From positions 1 to 64,000 of the IMG/VR virus record IMGVR_UViG_3300019458_000003: 64,000 nt of DNA; one strand, written 5' to 3'. The DNA comes from a virus. Positions 24,090 to 33,079 of the stretch are shown one piece after another. Numbering within the stretch: the stretch's first letter is position 1; every line of letters begins with the position of its first letter. The translations under genes and the position numbers were made by a program. The notes below the pieces were generated by a model. It saw only the letters and a list, made by a program, of their open reading frames with translations. It was not told the origin of the DNA and made no database searches.

Positions 24090-24592
24090 ATTTTACGCGC
24101 CCCATATGTCTTATCTAGGAACTCTAACAATTCCGTCCATGAGGTAAATATCTTTCCATGCCTTCTGATGACGCGATGCAACCAGTAGCTCCATTCCTTA
24201 ACCGGAGCGTATGTCACAATGTACACTGGAATCTTTACAGCCATAACTGCTTCCCAGATTTCGCATATAGTCCCTGCTGACTGTTTCTTGGGGTCATAGT
24301 AACCAACAAGCATATTCGCTTCATGAACCAGTCGAACATCTCGATCAATAAGCAGGTCCACTAAATGATCAAATCTGTCATAGTCTCCCTTGTCGCGGCA
24401 ACCATCAATCGTGTCTTTTACAGAATCCGGGTCTCCTAACTCTGCCGCTTCGTAAATTGTGGGGTCAAGAGCGACAATCCCCAATTTTTCCAAAAGAGGT
24501 GTAATCGTGCGTCGCCAAGTCACTCCTCCATCATCAGAGGCTTGAATTGAGCCGCAAAGGTAGGCTTTCAATGCTGGTAATTCAAGAGGCAT
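24086..24592 (-). CDS. Nucleoside 2-deoxyribosyltransferase / DNPH1(Rcl)-like protein
   Basis: KAYLCGSI (compare YLAGPI) and SAGTICEIWEAVMAVKIPVYIV (compare DxGTxxEIGxAxAxGKPV) fit the NDT-fold pattern. ATGA overlap with the next gene. Confidence 0.55.
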   Translation of the reverse strand: MPLELPALKAYLCGSIQASDDGGVTWRRTITPLLEKLGIVALDPTIYEAAELGDPDSVKDTIDGCRDKGDYDRFDHLVDLLIDRDVRLVHEANMLVGYYDPKKQSAGTICEIWEAVMAVKIPVYIVTYAPVKEWSYWLHRVIRRHGKIFTSWTELLEFLDKTYGARKI

Positions 24593-24745
24593 TTTGATTC
24601 ACCACCTTTATCCATGTCTGTCTACTGACTATGTACAATCCACAGACATACAATCCTAGGTCGCCCTCAGTGAGTGGTGGCGGCAATTCATCCTAAACCG
24701 GCACAACGTACAGACCAACTGTTATTGTATCTAAAACTTGCGACA

Positions 24746-25261
24746 TCAATCAAATATCTCCCCGTTCAAATCTCGTGCCTCATCTTCATAGGGGCGAACA
24801 CGCCTAGCGTAATATTCCGATGTGATGCAACACATTAAACCATTAAACTCATATTTCAGTTCCGGGAGCGCTTGCACTTCTTTCCATATCGTTGACAGAA
24901 CTCCCATAGCGTTGTTGTAATCACTGTATCTAGATTGTTCCTTGGCATACAACGCATTGATTATACGACAAACAACATAATTTAACGTCCCGGCCCGTTT
25001 TTCTAATAACACCTTATTGGCCTGGACAGTCTGAATGAGAAGCATCAACTTTTTATCCACCAAATGGCGCTTTTCCTCATCTGACGGCGGGATCTCCGCA
25101 TTCACGTCAATCCCGTAGAAAGTTTGGAGTATCTTTCTAACGATATGATAAGCTGTATCGTCCCTCGTTCCCATGAGTAACATATTCCAAGATACCCACT
25201 CGATCAAATCATTGAGCGGTTTTTCCAACCACGCTCTATGAGAGTTGTAAATATATGGCAT
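24746..25261 (-). CDS. Hypothetical all-alpha protein
   Basis: 171 aa. The GTLNYVV...RYSDYNNAMGVL...YYARRVRPYEDEARDLNGEIFD pattern feels like a recurrent phage family, but I cannot name it. Confidence 0.5.
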   Translation of the reverse strand: MPYIYNSHRAWLEKPLNDLIEWVSWNMLLMGTRDDTAYHIVRKILQTFYGIDVNAEIPPSDEEKRHLVDKKLMLLIQTVQANKVLLEKRAGTLNYVVCRIINALYAKEQSRYSDYNNAMGVLSTIWKEVQALPELKYEFNGLMCCITSEYYARRVRPYEDEARDLNGEIFD

Positions 25262-25263
25262 GT

Positions 25264-25521
25264 TTATGACTCCTCACCCGCATGATCACGGCCGTGGTTA
25301 CATGTCAGGCTGTCAAAGATCAACTCTCCGTCCATGCCTAGATAATCTCCACATGGCACCGCCCTGCCGTCGTTAGAAGGTACCAAGGCTAAAACATCTC
25401 CAGATTCATACAACCCCCACCCAAGGATAGGGATGAATTGCAATTCCGCATCCTCTTGATCCTTAATACGGTAAGTGGCAACCCAACCTGTTGTATCCGA
25501 AATAATCTGACGAAGTGTCAT
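25264..25521 (-). CDS. Hypothetical protein
   Basis: ORF track, 85 aa, SD GGGGAGGT. Confidence 0.5.
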   Translation of the reverse strand: MTLRQIISDTTGWVATYRIKDQEDAELQFIPILGWGLYESGDVLALVPSNDGRAVPCGDYLGMDGELIFDSLTCNHGRDHAGEES

Positions 25522-25539
25522 CGGTATACCTCCCCTTAT

Positions 25540-25749
25540 TTAACCTCGTCTGAAAACCTGCTGGATTATCTGCTTCTGTCTATTATTTTTCCTCTTGGCT
25601 CTAAGGGCATCCCACAGATATGGTGCATACACCAGCGTTTCGGTCTGACCCTTAGAATTTTCCCTTTGAAACCGGACCATGCCATATCCGACAGATATAC
25701 CAAGCTCGTTTGTGTGGGACTCTTGTGCAATCAAGACGAGGTTTTTCAT
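25540..25749 (-). CDS. Hypothetical basic protein
   Basis: ORF track, 69 aa, 4-nt overlap upstream. Confidence 0.4.
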   Translation of the reverse strand: MKNLVLIAQESHTNELGISVGYGMVRFQRENSKGQTETLVYAPYLWDALRAKRKNNRQKQIIQQVFRRG

Positions 25750-26522
25750 AGAGTTATTTTCCCCGACCGAACAGACGGCAACAACATTTTACCCGCATAA
25801 CCCTTGTGATCACAGCAATCATACATCATATACCGAGTAGTACCTTTGCACCGTTCGCGTGTTGGCTCGATATTATCACTACCACAGTAGATACACACCA
25901 CATCATCTGCGTTGATAAAAGTGTTCATATTTAATCGAGGCTTGATGTGCGGCTGCAGCTTGTTCCAAAGAGCGCGGGTGTCCTCCACGTCCTTTCGGTT
26001 ATATTTTAACATTTTTGCGAAACTTCTCTTACTGCGCTTTTCTACAATGTCAATCCAATCCTGAAACTCCATCTTCACCTTACCGCCTTGACCCATAGTC
26101 TTCGAAATATAATCTAGACTATAAGAAGGAAAGATAAAGTATCGGCGCAACTGCTTTTCCAAATCATCCGTGTAGTCCGTCCACTCTGGGAGAGGTGGAA
26201 GATCGTGTATAACTCTTTGTGCATTGATATGTTTCACATCAAATCGATCCGAGTTCTTACCAATCGCAATATCTGCCCGTTTTACAATTTTATCAAATGC
26301 GCTAATTACTCGCCCTGTATCTTGAGCTTCATAGCCCCAATCAATGGTTTGAGCGGGTTTCCAATCATTGAAAGCGTAACTTATGCAAATGATTCGAGTC
26401 TGATTACCGCTGTCTGCTAACTGATGGTGTCGAACGACTTGCTCTCCCAACACCCAGATATAAGCTAATAGAGGCGCTGTCTCTATATCGAAAAATATCA
26501 CAGAAGGCTTTCTACCTTGCAT
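25746..26522 (-). CDS. RNase H-fold 3'-5' exonuclease (PolB-exo / YprB-like)
   Basis: ExoI FFDIETAP, ExoII IGKNSDRFDV and ExoIII YNRKDVEDT, with a C-terminal Cys cluster. Confidence 0.65.
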   Translation of the reverse strand: MQGRKPSVIFFDIETAPLLAYIWVLGEQVVRHHQLADSGNQTRIICISYAFNDWKPAQTIDWGYEAQDTGRVISAFDKIVKRADIAIGKNSDRFDVKHINAQRVIHDLPPLPEWTDYTDDLEKQLRRYFIFPSYSLDYISKTMGQGGKVKMEFQDWIDIVEKRSKRSFAKMLKYNRKDVEDTRALWNKLQPHIKPRLNMNTFINADDVVCIYCGSDNIEPTRERCKGTTRYMMYDCCDHKGYAGKMLLPSVRSGKITL

Positions 26523-26576
26523 CGGCTAACACCCCCTTTTGTGCGGCTCGGAGCCGCTCCTCGCTCCCTTATTTAA

Positions 26577-26605
26577 ATTATACCACATCTTCATAGTGCT
26601 GTAAA
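26577..26605 (-). promoter_or_regulatory. Sigma70-type promoter (TTTACA, 17-nt spacer, TGGTATAAT)
   Basis: Minus strand: -35 TTTACA at 26600-26605 and extended -10 TGGTATAAT at 26577-26585. It is intergenic, just after the SbcC-like stop. Confidence 0.55.
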
Positions 26606-26608
26606 CCA

Positions 26609-28288
26609 TTAACCAATAGAAACTACGGATTCTCGGTCACGTTTTTCGACTCGCAGTTCAGTCCCTATGCGGTCCTTAATGTCAATGTGGGTTATGACAA
26701 TGATCCGTTCGAAGAATAACTTCAAATTTGTCATGAGTGCGACAAATTGGTCCTTTCCCTCCTCATCTAAGCACCCCATGCCCTCATCAATGATCATAGT
26801 AGATATATTGTACCCTGTGCGCCTAGACAGGACTTTAGACAATGCTACCCTAAGAGCAAGATCAATTCTAAATTTCTCCCCTCCCGACAAATTCTCGTAC
26901 AACCGAACGACATTGCCATGAAGCACTACTATATCAAGAGCGTCGCCAATACCACCCGTTTTTAGTTGCTTCTGTGTTCTAATCTGCACCTTCATATTTC
27001 CCGCAGCTAGAGTCTCCAATGCTGAATTTGCAGACAATTCCAATTCCGGCATTACGTTATCGATTATCATCGAAGGAATGCCGTGCTGATCGAAGGCTTT
27101 CTCTAGAATCTCATATCGAGATATTAAGCCCGCTAACCTGTGCGCTTCATCTCGCGCTATCTGCATTTTTTGTAGACTCTCTGAGCGCCTCGCCTCGTCC
27201 GCAACGCGACAAGCTTCTGTAATACGCACGTTTTCTAAATCCGCTTTTAGTTTGTCTATTCGGTCTTGTGTCAAAATTCTAAACTCATCGCACGAGTTTC
27301 TATCCACAATCAAGCCCTTTACAGAGGATTGCAAACCGTGAATCTCTTTATCTGTTTTAGATTTCTCGGATTCGTATTTCTCTATTTTATTTTCATAGGT
27401 ATGAATAACTTGCCCTAAACGTTCACCGGACAGTTCAGAAAAACACACCGGACATTTGCCACCGCCTATCAAAACACCTTTCTGTCGGACATTCGTAATG
27501 GCATCCGTCAACTGACGAGAATACAAAACCAATTCTGATAATCGAACATTCTTTGCCATCAAATCATCAGCAATTGCGCCAATTTTTTGATCATTTTCCG
27601 ACATCTTATCTACAAGCACCCCCAACTCCGTCTGTATATCTTCCTTCCATTGCTCAAATGTCTCCGATTGAAACTTGCCTAACGTATCTTTACTCTCATA
27701 AACTTCAAGAGCAGAAATTTCTGCACGTACCTTGATCATCTTTCCGGATAATTCTACTAAGATCTTCCTAGTTCGTGATAAATAGACATTATAGACTTCC
27801 AATCTCATAATTTGACTCAGGATTTGCTTTGCCGACTTAGGAGATAGAGCACTAAAACTATCGGATTTGCCCTGCTCCACACAAGCCGTATTTGTAAAGA
27901 CATCACAAGTCATACCCAAAAGCCTATCAATCTTCTCTTGGGTTTCAGCTATAACAGCCCCGCTCTCATCCTGCCATTCTGACTTATACATACGCGACAG
28001 GTGCAGTTCACTTTTGGAATTTCGAACTCTCTTCCTCATGACCTTATAATCAATATTTCCAATAGCAAATCCGATCTCCACCTCACAAGCGCCCTGCCCT
28101 TCCGTTATCAATTCATCCCCACTCCCCCGCGCCTTCCCAAACAAACCCCATGTGATTGAGTCTTTGAATAGGCTAGATTTGCCCGATCCATTTTTCCCAA
28201 CGACAATAATAGGATTATGTCCTCTGAGGTTAACAGTCGTGTTCCTGTGTGATAGAAAATTAGCAAGCCTAATTCCCACTATATTCAT
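26609..28288 (-). CDS. SbcC/Rad50-like ATPase
   Basis: N-terminal Walker A GKNGSGKSSL, a long coiled coil with CPVC hook, signature LSGGEKFR and Walker B MIIDEGMGCLD. Confidence 0.85.
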   Translation of the reverse strand: MNIVGIRLANFLSHRNTTVNLRGHNPIIVVGKNGSGKSSLFKDSITWGLFGKARGSGDELITEGQGACEVEIGFAIGNIDYKVMRKRVRNSKSELHLSRMYKSEWQDESGAVIAETQEKIDRLLGMTCDVFTNTACVEQGKSDSFSALSPKSAKQILSQIMRLEVYNVYLSRTRKILVELSGKMIKVRAEISALEVYESKDTLGKFQSETFEQWKEDIQTELGVLVDKMSENDQKIGAIADDLMAKNVRLSELVLYSRQLTDAITNVRQKGVLIGGGKCPVCFSELSGERLGQVIHTYENKIEKYESEKSKTDKEIHGLQSSVKGLIVDRNSCDEFRILTQDRIDKLKADLENVRITEACRVADEARRSESLQKMQIARDEAHRLAGLISRYEILEKAFDQHGIPSMIIDNVMPELELSANSALETLAAGNMKVQIRTQKQLKTGGIGDALDIVVLHGNVVRLYENLSGGEKFRIDLALRVALSKVLSRRTGYNISTMIIDEGMGCLDEEGKDQFVALMTNLKLFFERIIVITHIDIKDRIGTELRVEKRDRESVVSIG

Positions 28289-28791
28289 TTAACCTCTCGA
28301 TAATCAAATACTTTGGCAAGGTAAGTATCGCCGCTACCGTTTACGCAACAAGCTGGAATACCAGGACCTTCAAATTTGCGGTGCATGATTTGCCAAAAAT
28401 CGAAATACAAGCCAGCACGATCATATATCATCTGTACAAATTCGTCACATCTAACCCTTTTATTCATTCGTACTCTGGGCAGACCGAAGACTTCACAAAT
28501 AACCCCTAACCAATCAAACCGTACATCTTTGGGATATTCCGTCAAGCTTGCTTTCAACCACGACCTACAAAGGGCTGTTAATTGACGAGGACGTAAGATG
28601 ACTACTCTCTTCCCAAGGTACTTATTAACCGATTGTTCTATTGGCTCCCCCCTGAATCGAAATTCAATAACTTCCCCTTCGCCTTTATACAACACCATAT
28701 GGTCCCAATAAATGCCCAACAAATATTTGATGGGCGCTCTCCACCATGTAGTGCTTCTTACCAATATAACATCGCCGGATATCAAACGCAT
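28285..28791 (-). CDS. Hypothetical protein, possibly a permuted papain-fold (YiiX/C92-like) peptidase
   Basis: 168 aa. GDVILVRS..., WDHMVLY (His) and RVRCDEFV (Cys) occur in the permuted order typical of YiiX-like proteins. Support is weak. Confidence 0.35.
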   Translation of the reverse strand: MRLISGDVILVRSTTWWRAPIKYLLGIYWDHMVLYKGEGEVIEFRFRGEPIEQSVNKYLGKRVVILRPRQLTALCRSWLKASLTEYPKDVRFDWLGVICEVFGLPRVRMNKRVRCDEFVQMIYDRAGLYFDFWQIMHRKFEGPGIPACCVNGSGDTYLAKVFDYREVK

Positions 28792-28977
28792 TTATATTTG
28801 GGAATGAGTAATTGTCAGTCTCTTGCTTCCGCGATCCAAACTTCTAGCAATAGCCTTCAACTCAGTAAATAGCATACTACACAATTTGTCCATCCCGGCC
28901 TGGTTTTCGGGTTTATTCGGGTCTTCTACCAACACTTGAATTGAGACTTTAAATTCTCTCACCATTGACTCGGCCAT
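28792..28977 (-). CDS. Hypothetical protein
   Basis: ORF track, 61 aa, SD GGAGGAGGA. Confidence 0.45.
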   Translation of the reverse strand: MAESMVREFKVSIQVLVEDPNKPENQAGMDKLCSMLFTELKAIARSLDRGSKRLTITHSQI

Positions 28978-28997
28978 AGATCCTCCTCCACCCCTAT

Positions 28998-29975
28998 TTA
29001 ACCTGCACTAATTTCCTGACCCAATTTTTCGATTTCTAATCTCTCTTCATCTGAGAGATCCAATATCTTTAAATATTCTCTGACAGCTTGACCTGGAGAG
29101 ATTGACTCGTTCACCACACCATTCTGAGGTCTTCCCAATCTCTCAATTCGGTATTCAACCGTTAACTCTTTAGCGTCGGGGAAGTTCTGCCGCACTTTAT
29201 CTTCGTCTATCTTCTTCACCGATTCTTCATCCCCACTAATCACTATCTTTACTATAGCCCCGCGAGTCGATTCAGTTACTGCGTCAAAGACAATTCCGCG
29301 ATCTCGTAGAGCGCAGTTCACTTGTATCATAGGTCTACTCACTAAACCAATGCTTTTCCACCCTCGGTTGTCGAAAATTACAACTCTTTTGATATCCTCC
29401 CTTTCCCCGAAATTCTCACGCTCAATGCTACCCAAATACATAACCGGTGGATCTTCTTTAATCAATTGTGGCTTATGAACGTCTCCTAGCATATAGCCCC
29501 TACATCCGGGGTAGCGCGTTATTAATTGTTCTGCACTCATAGCATCAGAGATTTGAAAATCTTCAGGACCGATCTTGGCTTCTCTCAACAACATATGTCC
29601 TAGAAAGAATCCCTTAAACACTGTTGGACTATCCAACACAACAACATCCTTTATATTTAACTGCTCAAATTCTGAAAACGAATGACTGCCGTCTGGAAAA
29701 ATGTCATGGTTTCCCTTCAAAATGACCACTTCCATGGAATGCTGAGTCAAATAATACACCCATTCTTGAAATACTCGCCTTTCCTTTGGATGGGGACGGC
29801 GACTAGTGTAGATATCTCCCAAAACTACCACCGCATCTACCTGCTCCCGTAGAGCAATCTCTCGTATTTGATGGAGAGCTAAAACAAAATCATCAAATCG
29901 ACGGTTGATATTTAAGTGGAGATCCGAACAAAATAGGTACTTTGTCCGGCCAACACCTGCGATCGCATCATTCAT
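28998..29975 (-). CDS. SbcD/Mre11-like nuclease
   Basis: Metallophosphoesterase motifs CSDLHLN, VVVLGDIY and KGNHD. I prefer the ATG at 29975 (AGGAAA upstream); the track start is 29999. Confidence 0.85.
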   Translation of the reverse strand: MNDAIAGVGRTKYLFCSDLHLNINRRFDDFVLALHQIREIALREQVDAVVVLGDIYTSRRPHPKERRVFQEWVYYLTQHSMEVVILKGNHDIFPDGSHSFSEFEQLNIKDVVVLDSPTVFKGFFLGHMLLREAKIGPEDFQISDAMSAEQLITRYPGCRGYMLGDVHKPQLIKEDPPVMYLGSIERENFGEREDIKRVVIFDNRGWKSIGLVSRPMIQVNCALRDRGIVFDAVTESTRGAIVKIVISGDEESVKKIDEDKVRQNFPDAKELTVEYRIERLGRPQNGVVNESISPGQAVREYLKILDLSDEERLEIEKLGQEISAG

Positions 29976-30795
29976 CTGGTTTATTTCCTGAAGCTTCATC
30001 TATCTTTTTATCTATTTCGATCTTCTTTTGGGCTTCATCTACTATCTTATTTAAATCTTCATCAGTCACGCTAGTTCTAGATTCCAAATACAATTTCAGA
30101 TAATCGATGACGCGCCTACGCAAGGCAATATCAGTCTCATTATTTTTCCTTAGAAACCCAATCAATTCCACAATCTCATCGAGCGCGTCCCCTTCACTGT
30201 TGTAAAACTCCTCACTTTTACCTCCTATAAAACATTCGTAGAAGGAGGATTCACTTATTTGAGCCTTCAATAAGTCTACTATAGGTCTAACCACTCCAGA
30301 CTTCATGATCAATCGGGGTCGCGGTGATTTTTGTGAATCTCTTTCTGGGAACGCAGCGGCTTTGTTATAGTCAACCCTGACCATATCGGTGATGAAATAT
30401 CCCGGAACATTATTGATCCGTAACAATACCATAACCTCTGAAACCTCAAGCAACGATGTGAATATCTCGGCTGTCAATTCAGTGGTAATCACCAAAGATG
30501 GAAGTTTCAGAGATTTATCCTTTTTCTTTTTAGAAACATTGGTTGAAGGTAAATCTGTCGTGTCCCAATCCTCGCCCTCCCATGACATTTGACCTGTGCT
30601 CGAATTGCGATCAAGCTCTATCTCAAGCAAATCAACCTGATATTTCTTACTTCCCACTACTAACAACAGCGGGCTAACCACCTTGAATTTGGCTGCGGTT
30701 TCGGTAGGGCGTCTGTATCTTAACAGGCTCACTAATTCCTCCGAGCTTAGGTCAAGGGCGTGTTGCACCTCCTTGTCAGTCAGCGCTATTTTCAT
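29968..30795 (-). CDS. Hypothetical protein
   Basis: ORF track, 275 aa, no motif. Confidence 0.5.
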   Translation of the reverse strand: MKIALTDKEVQHALDLSSEELVSLLRYRRPTETAAKFKVVSPLLLVVGSKKYQVDLLEIELDRNSSTGQMSWEGEDWDTTDLPSTNVSKKKKDKSLKLPSLVITTELTAEIFTSLLEVSEVMVLLRINNVPGYFITDMVRVDYNKAAAFPERDSQKSPRPRLIMKSGVVRPIVDLLKAQISESSFYECFIGGKSEEFYNSEGDALDEIVELIGFLRKNNETDIALRRRVIDYLKLYLESRTSVTDEDLNKIVDEAQKKIEIDKKIDEASGNKPDE

Positions 30796-31148
30796 GTCTT
30801 CTCAAATGTTTGTGTAATTTTTAGCGTCCGACGAGATAGATCCCTTATCAACTCTTCCATTTGTTGTACTATGTCCTTCATAGATTCCAATTCAGCTTCA
30901 AGCTCAGCTATCTCCTTCTCTAGCCTCTCACGCTCCGATTGGCTTGTTGTCTCCTTAAGCTTCTTCTTCAGGCGCTCAAGTTCTTTAGCATGAGACTCGT
31001 AACGTTCTATGAGTCTATTGTAAAAAGACTCTAGATTTTTCTGGGTATCGCGCTGCTCTTCAGAGTCTACATTTTTAGTGTTCTGAATACGTATAACTTC
31101 CTCACGCACTATTTGAAATTGCTGACGCATGCGAGCGGTGCAAGGCAT
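30792..31148 (-). CDS. Coiled-coil protein
   Basis: 118 aa, highly charged with heptad character. Confidence 0.5.
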   Translation of the reverse strand: MPCTARMRQQFQIVREEVIRIQNTKNVDSEEQRDTQKNLESFYNRLIERYESHAKELERLKKKLKETTSQSERERLEKEIAELEAELESMKDIVQQMEELIRDLSRRTLKITQTFEKT

Positions 31149-31160
31149 CGGTGATTACTC

Positions 31161-31469
31161 CTATTTGCGCCCCAGATTCATGAAACCTGAGTTCTTTTTG
31201 CCAGGGTTCAACATCTTTGATAGAGTTATAGCACTCCCTTTGATCGAATCGCTCAACTCTATCTGGCCGATAGCTTCACGCAGCATCGCTCGAACTTGCC
31301 AGGGCTTAGTGACATTTGAGTTTGGCTGTATATCAATTTGGCCAGTCTCAGGATCAAGGATAACACCCAGAATCCACGCCCGCTTCTGAATACCTTCTTG
31401 TTGCTGCTGCTCCGTTGATTTCTGTGCTTCCACTTCTGCTGCCTTCTGTTCTGCAAGAGCATCCGACAT
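31161..31469 (-). CDS. Hypothetical protein
   Basis: Track ORF shortened to the ATG at 31469 (MSDALAEQK), with GAGGGAGGGAG upstream. Confidence 0.5.
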   Translation of the reverse strand: MSDALAEQKAAEVEAQKSTEQQQQEGIQKRAWILGVILDPETGQIDIQPNSNVTKPWQVRAMLREAIGQIELSDSIKGSAITLSKMLNPGKKNSGFMNLGRK

Positions 31470-31470
31470 A

Positions 31471-31587
31471 TTATTCTCCCTCCCTCTCTTCACATTCACA
31501 ACAATCGCTGCACCTGGACTCAGTTCCACACAAGTCCGCTATAGATTCCACCACTCTACAACAATAATGACAACAATAGTCGCTCAT
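31471..31587 (-). CDS. Very Cys-rich micro-protein (38 aa, 10 Cys; below cutoff)
   Basis: Hand translation: MSDYCCHYCCRVVESIADLCGTESRCSDCCECEEREGE. The stop lies 1 nt before the next start, but SD spacing is poor. Confidence 0.3.
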   Translation of the reverse strand: MSDYCCHYCCRVVESIADLCGTESRCSDCCECEEREGE

Positions 31588-31635
31588 CCCTTCTTATCTC
31601 TAGTATGTTTAGCGTTATACCGCCACACAATCCAA

Positions 31636-32511
31636 CTAACTTGCAGTTTTATTATCCACAATGGGAGATTCATTTCTTTTCTCTTGGGGTTCTACCAATT
31701 TAACCGATCCACCATTATCCATCAATATTTTACGTTCCGGCTCGATCTTAACGCCTTTTCCTAGTGCCCTCTCAAAATTGTTCAAGGCCGCAACAATCAT
31801 TCGCGCCCCGCCAGCAATCTGGTTAACTCCAGTACCAGATACCCTCCCGGGAATTTCCAGCGTTAGCGAATAGGTGGCACCTCGCTTTTCATATGCATAC
31901 TCCTCTAATGTCCCCTCGCGGCCACTGTTTACTACTCCCTGTCGGCACAATTCCCGATAAACTGTCTTCGTGTTTCTCACTTCGAAGTAGCTGCCCGTAT
32001 CATTGAGAATTAATCGCGCTAGCGAATCAAGACCGGGCAATTTGCGCTCATAAATATAAGCTTTGGTTTCGTCCTTATCTCCATGGATATCAATAAACAA
32101 GGATATCTTAGTAGGCATGCTCTTGAATATCAAACCTAGCTCTGCCGTATCTCGCTCCCCAACTTTCCAATTACTTCCTTTCTTATCTCCAGTCAATCTA
32201 GACGTATGCGCCCAACCCCACGGATTGGCCGCTGGCACCACAAATAAATTCCACAGATCCTTGTCTAAGTCGCTCAATGCATGAATTAAACAGTCTATAG
32301 ACCAATATTCATCTCCATGTTGCCCCGCCACTAAGAAAGCTGTATACTTCGCCTTCTTACTATTAGATCTCAGCAACGGAAAAGCAAAGCCTTCTTCGCC
32401 ATAGACCAGATGTTTGAGAAACTTAACTTCTAGATCGGCTTTAACTGCTTCTTCTATGATGGTGGTCAATAGCTTATCATAATCTTTAATTCGAGGTCGC
32501 ATCTGAGTCAT
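31636..32511 (-). CDS. M14 / AstE-AspA-like zinc carboxypeptidase-fold protein
   Basis: The HxxE zinc motif in FLVAGQHGDEYW and a second His in LFIDIHGD. 291 aa. Confidence 0.5.
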   Translation of the reverse strand: MTQMRPRIKDYDKLLTTIIEEAVKADLEVKFLKHLVYGEEGFAFPLLRSNSKKAKYTAFLVAGQHGDEYWSIDCLIHALSDLDKDLWNLFVVPAANPWGWAHTSRLTGDKKGSNWKVGERDTAELGLIFKSMPTKISLFIDIHGDKDETKAYIYERKLPGLDSLARLILNDTGSYFEVRNTKTVYRELCRQGVVNSGREGTLEEYAYEKRGATYSLTLEIPGRVSGTGVNQIAGGARMIVAALNNFERALGKGVKIEPERKILMDNGGSVKLVEPQEKRNESPIVDNKTAS

Positions 32512-32819
32512 TCCACCATTTCTCCAATCCTAGCAAACCAACTCCTTCCTCCAATGACAATGACAAATACTGGCTCCCTACCACCTTTAATTGCGTTCTC
32601 TCGCAATTTCTCTAAATCTTCTAACTTGACAACGATGCTCTTTTTATCTGTTGATTTCACTTGATACAAATAATTTAAATCTTTAATATCCTCGCGAATG
32701 CCTGGGAATGCGCCAGACCCTGGTTGGACTCGCGCCCCTAAACCTTTGGCTAGCTGTTTTTCTATACCCCTCCCACGGACCTGAGGAGTTTTGCCTTTTA
32801 GCCATCTAGGTATCGACAT
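32508..32819 (-). CDS. PD-(D/E)xK nuclease-like protein (Hjc/RecU-type resolvase-like)
   Basis: 103 aa. GRGIEKQLAKGLGARVQPGSGAF...EDIKD...YQVKST fits a minimal restriction-endonuclease-fold pattern. Confidence 0.35.
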   Translation of the reverse strand: MSIPRWLKGKTPQVRGRGIEKQLAKGLGARVQPGSGAFPGIREDIKDLNYLYQVKSTDKKSIVVKLEDLEKLRENAIKGGREPVFVIVIGGRSWFARIGEMVE

Positions 32820-32821
32820 GA

Positions 32822-33079
32822 TTAACCCTCTAGGGAGTAATTCCTAAAGTCATGAGATCTCGACCGACTTTTCTTTTTAGAAATCGTCGACTCCCCATTT
32901 AGTCCCCTAGAAAACTCATAATAGCGTTCAATTCTCTTAATCAACTCCCCATCCTCTATATAATAAAAGTCGAACGGTAAAACATTGATAAGCAATTGAG
33001 CCAAGCGCATATTGTGGTTTCTAACCCAGACATCCTGAAGGCGTTTCATGATTTTAGGGATCCGACTCAACTTCTTCAT
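32822..33079 (-). CDS. Hypothetical protein
   Basis: ORF track, 85 aa. Confidence 0.45.
   Translation of the reverse strand: MKKLSRIPKIMKRLQDVWVRNHNMRLAQLLINVLPFDFYYIEDGELIKRIERYYEFSRGLNGESTISKKKSRSRSHDFRNYSLEG

Noticed and set aside
24615-24648. An 8-bp inverted repeat (atgtctgt ... acagacat) in the 153-nt gap upstream of the NDT-like gene, considered as an operator or terminator.
   Set aside because: The stem is short, the loop is 18 nt, and there is no U-tract or adjacent promoter consensus. That is too weak to call.
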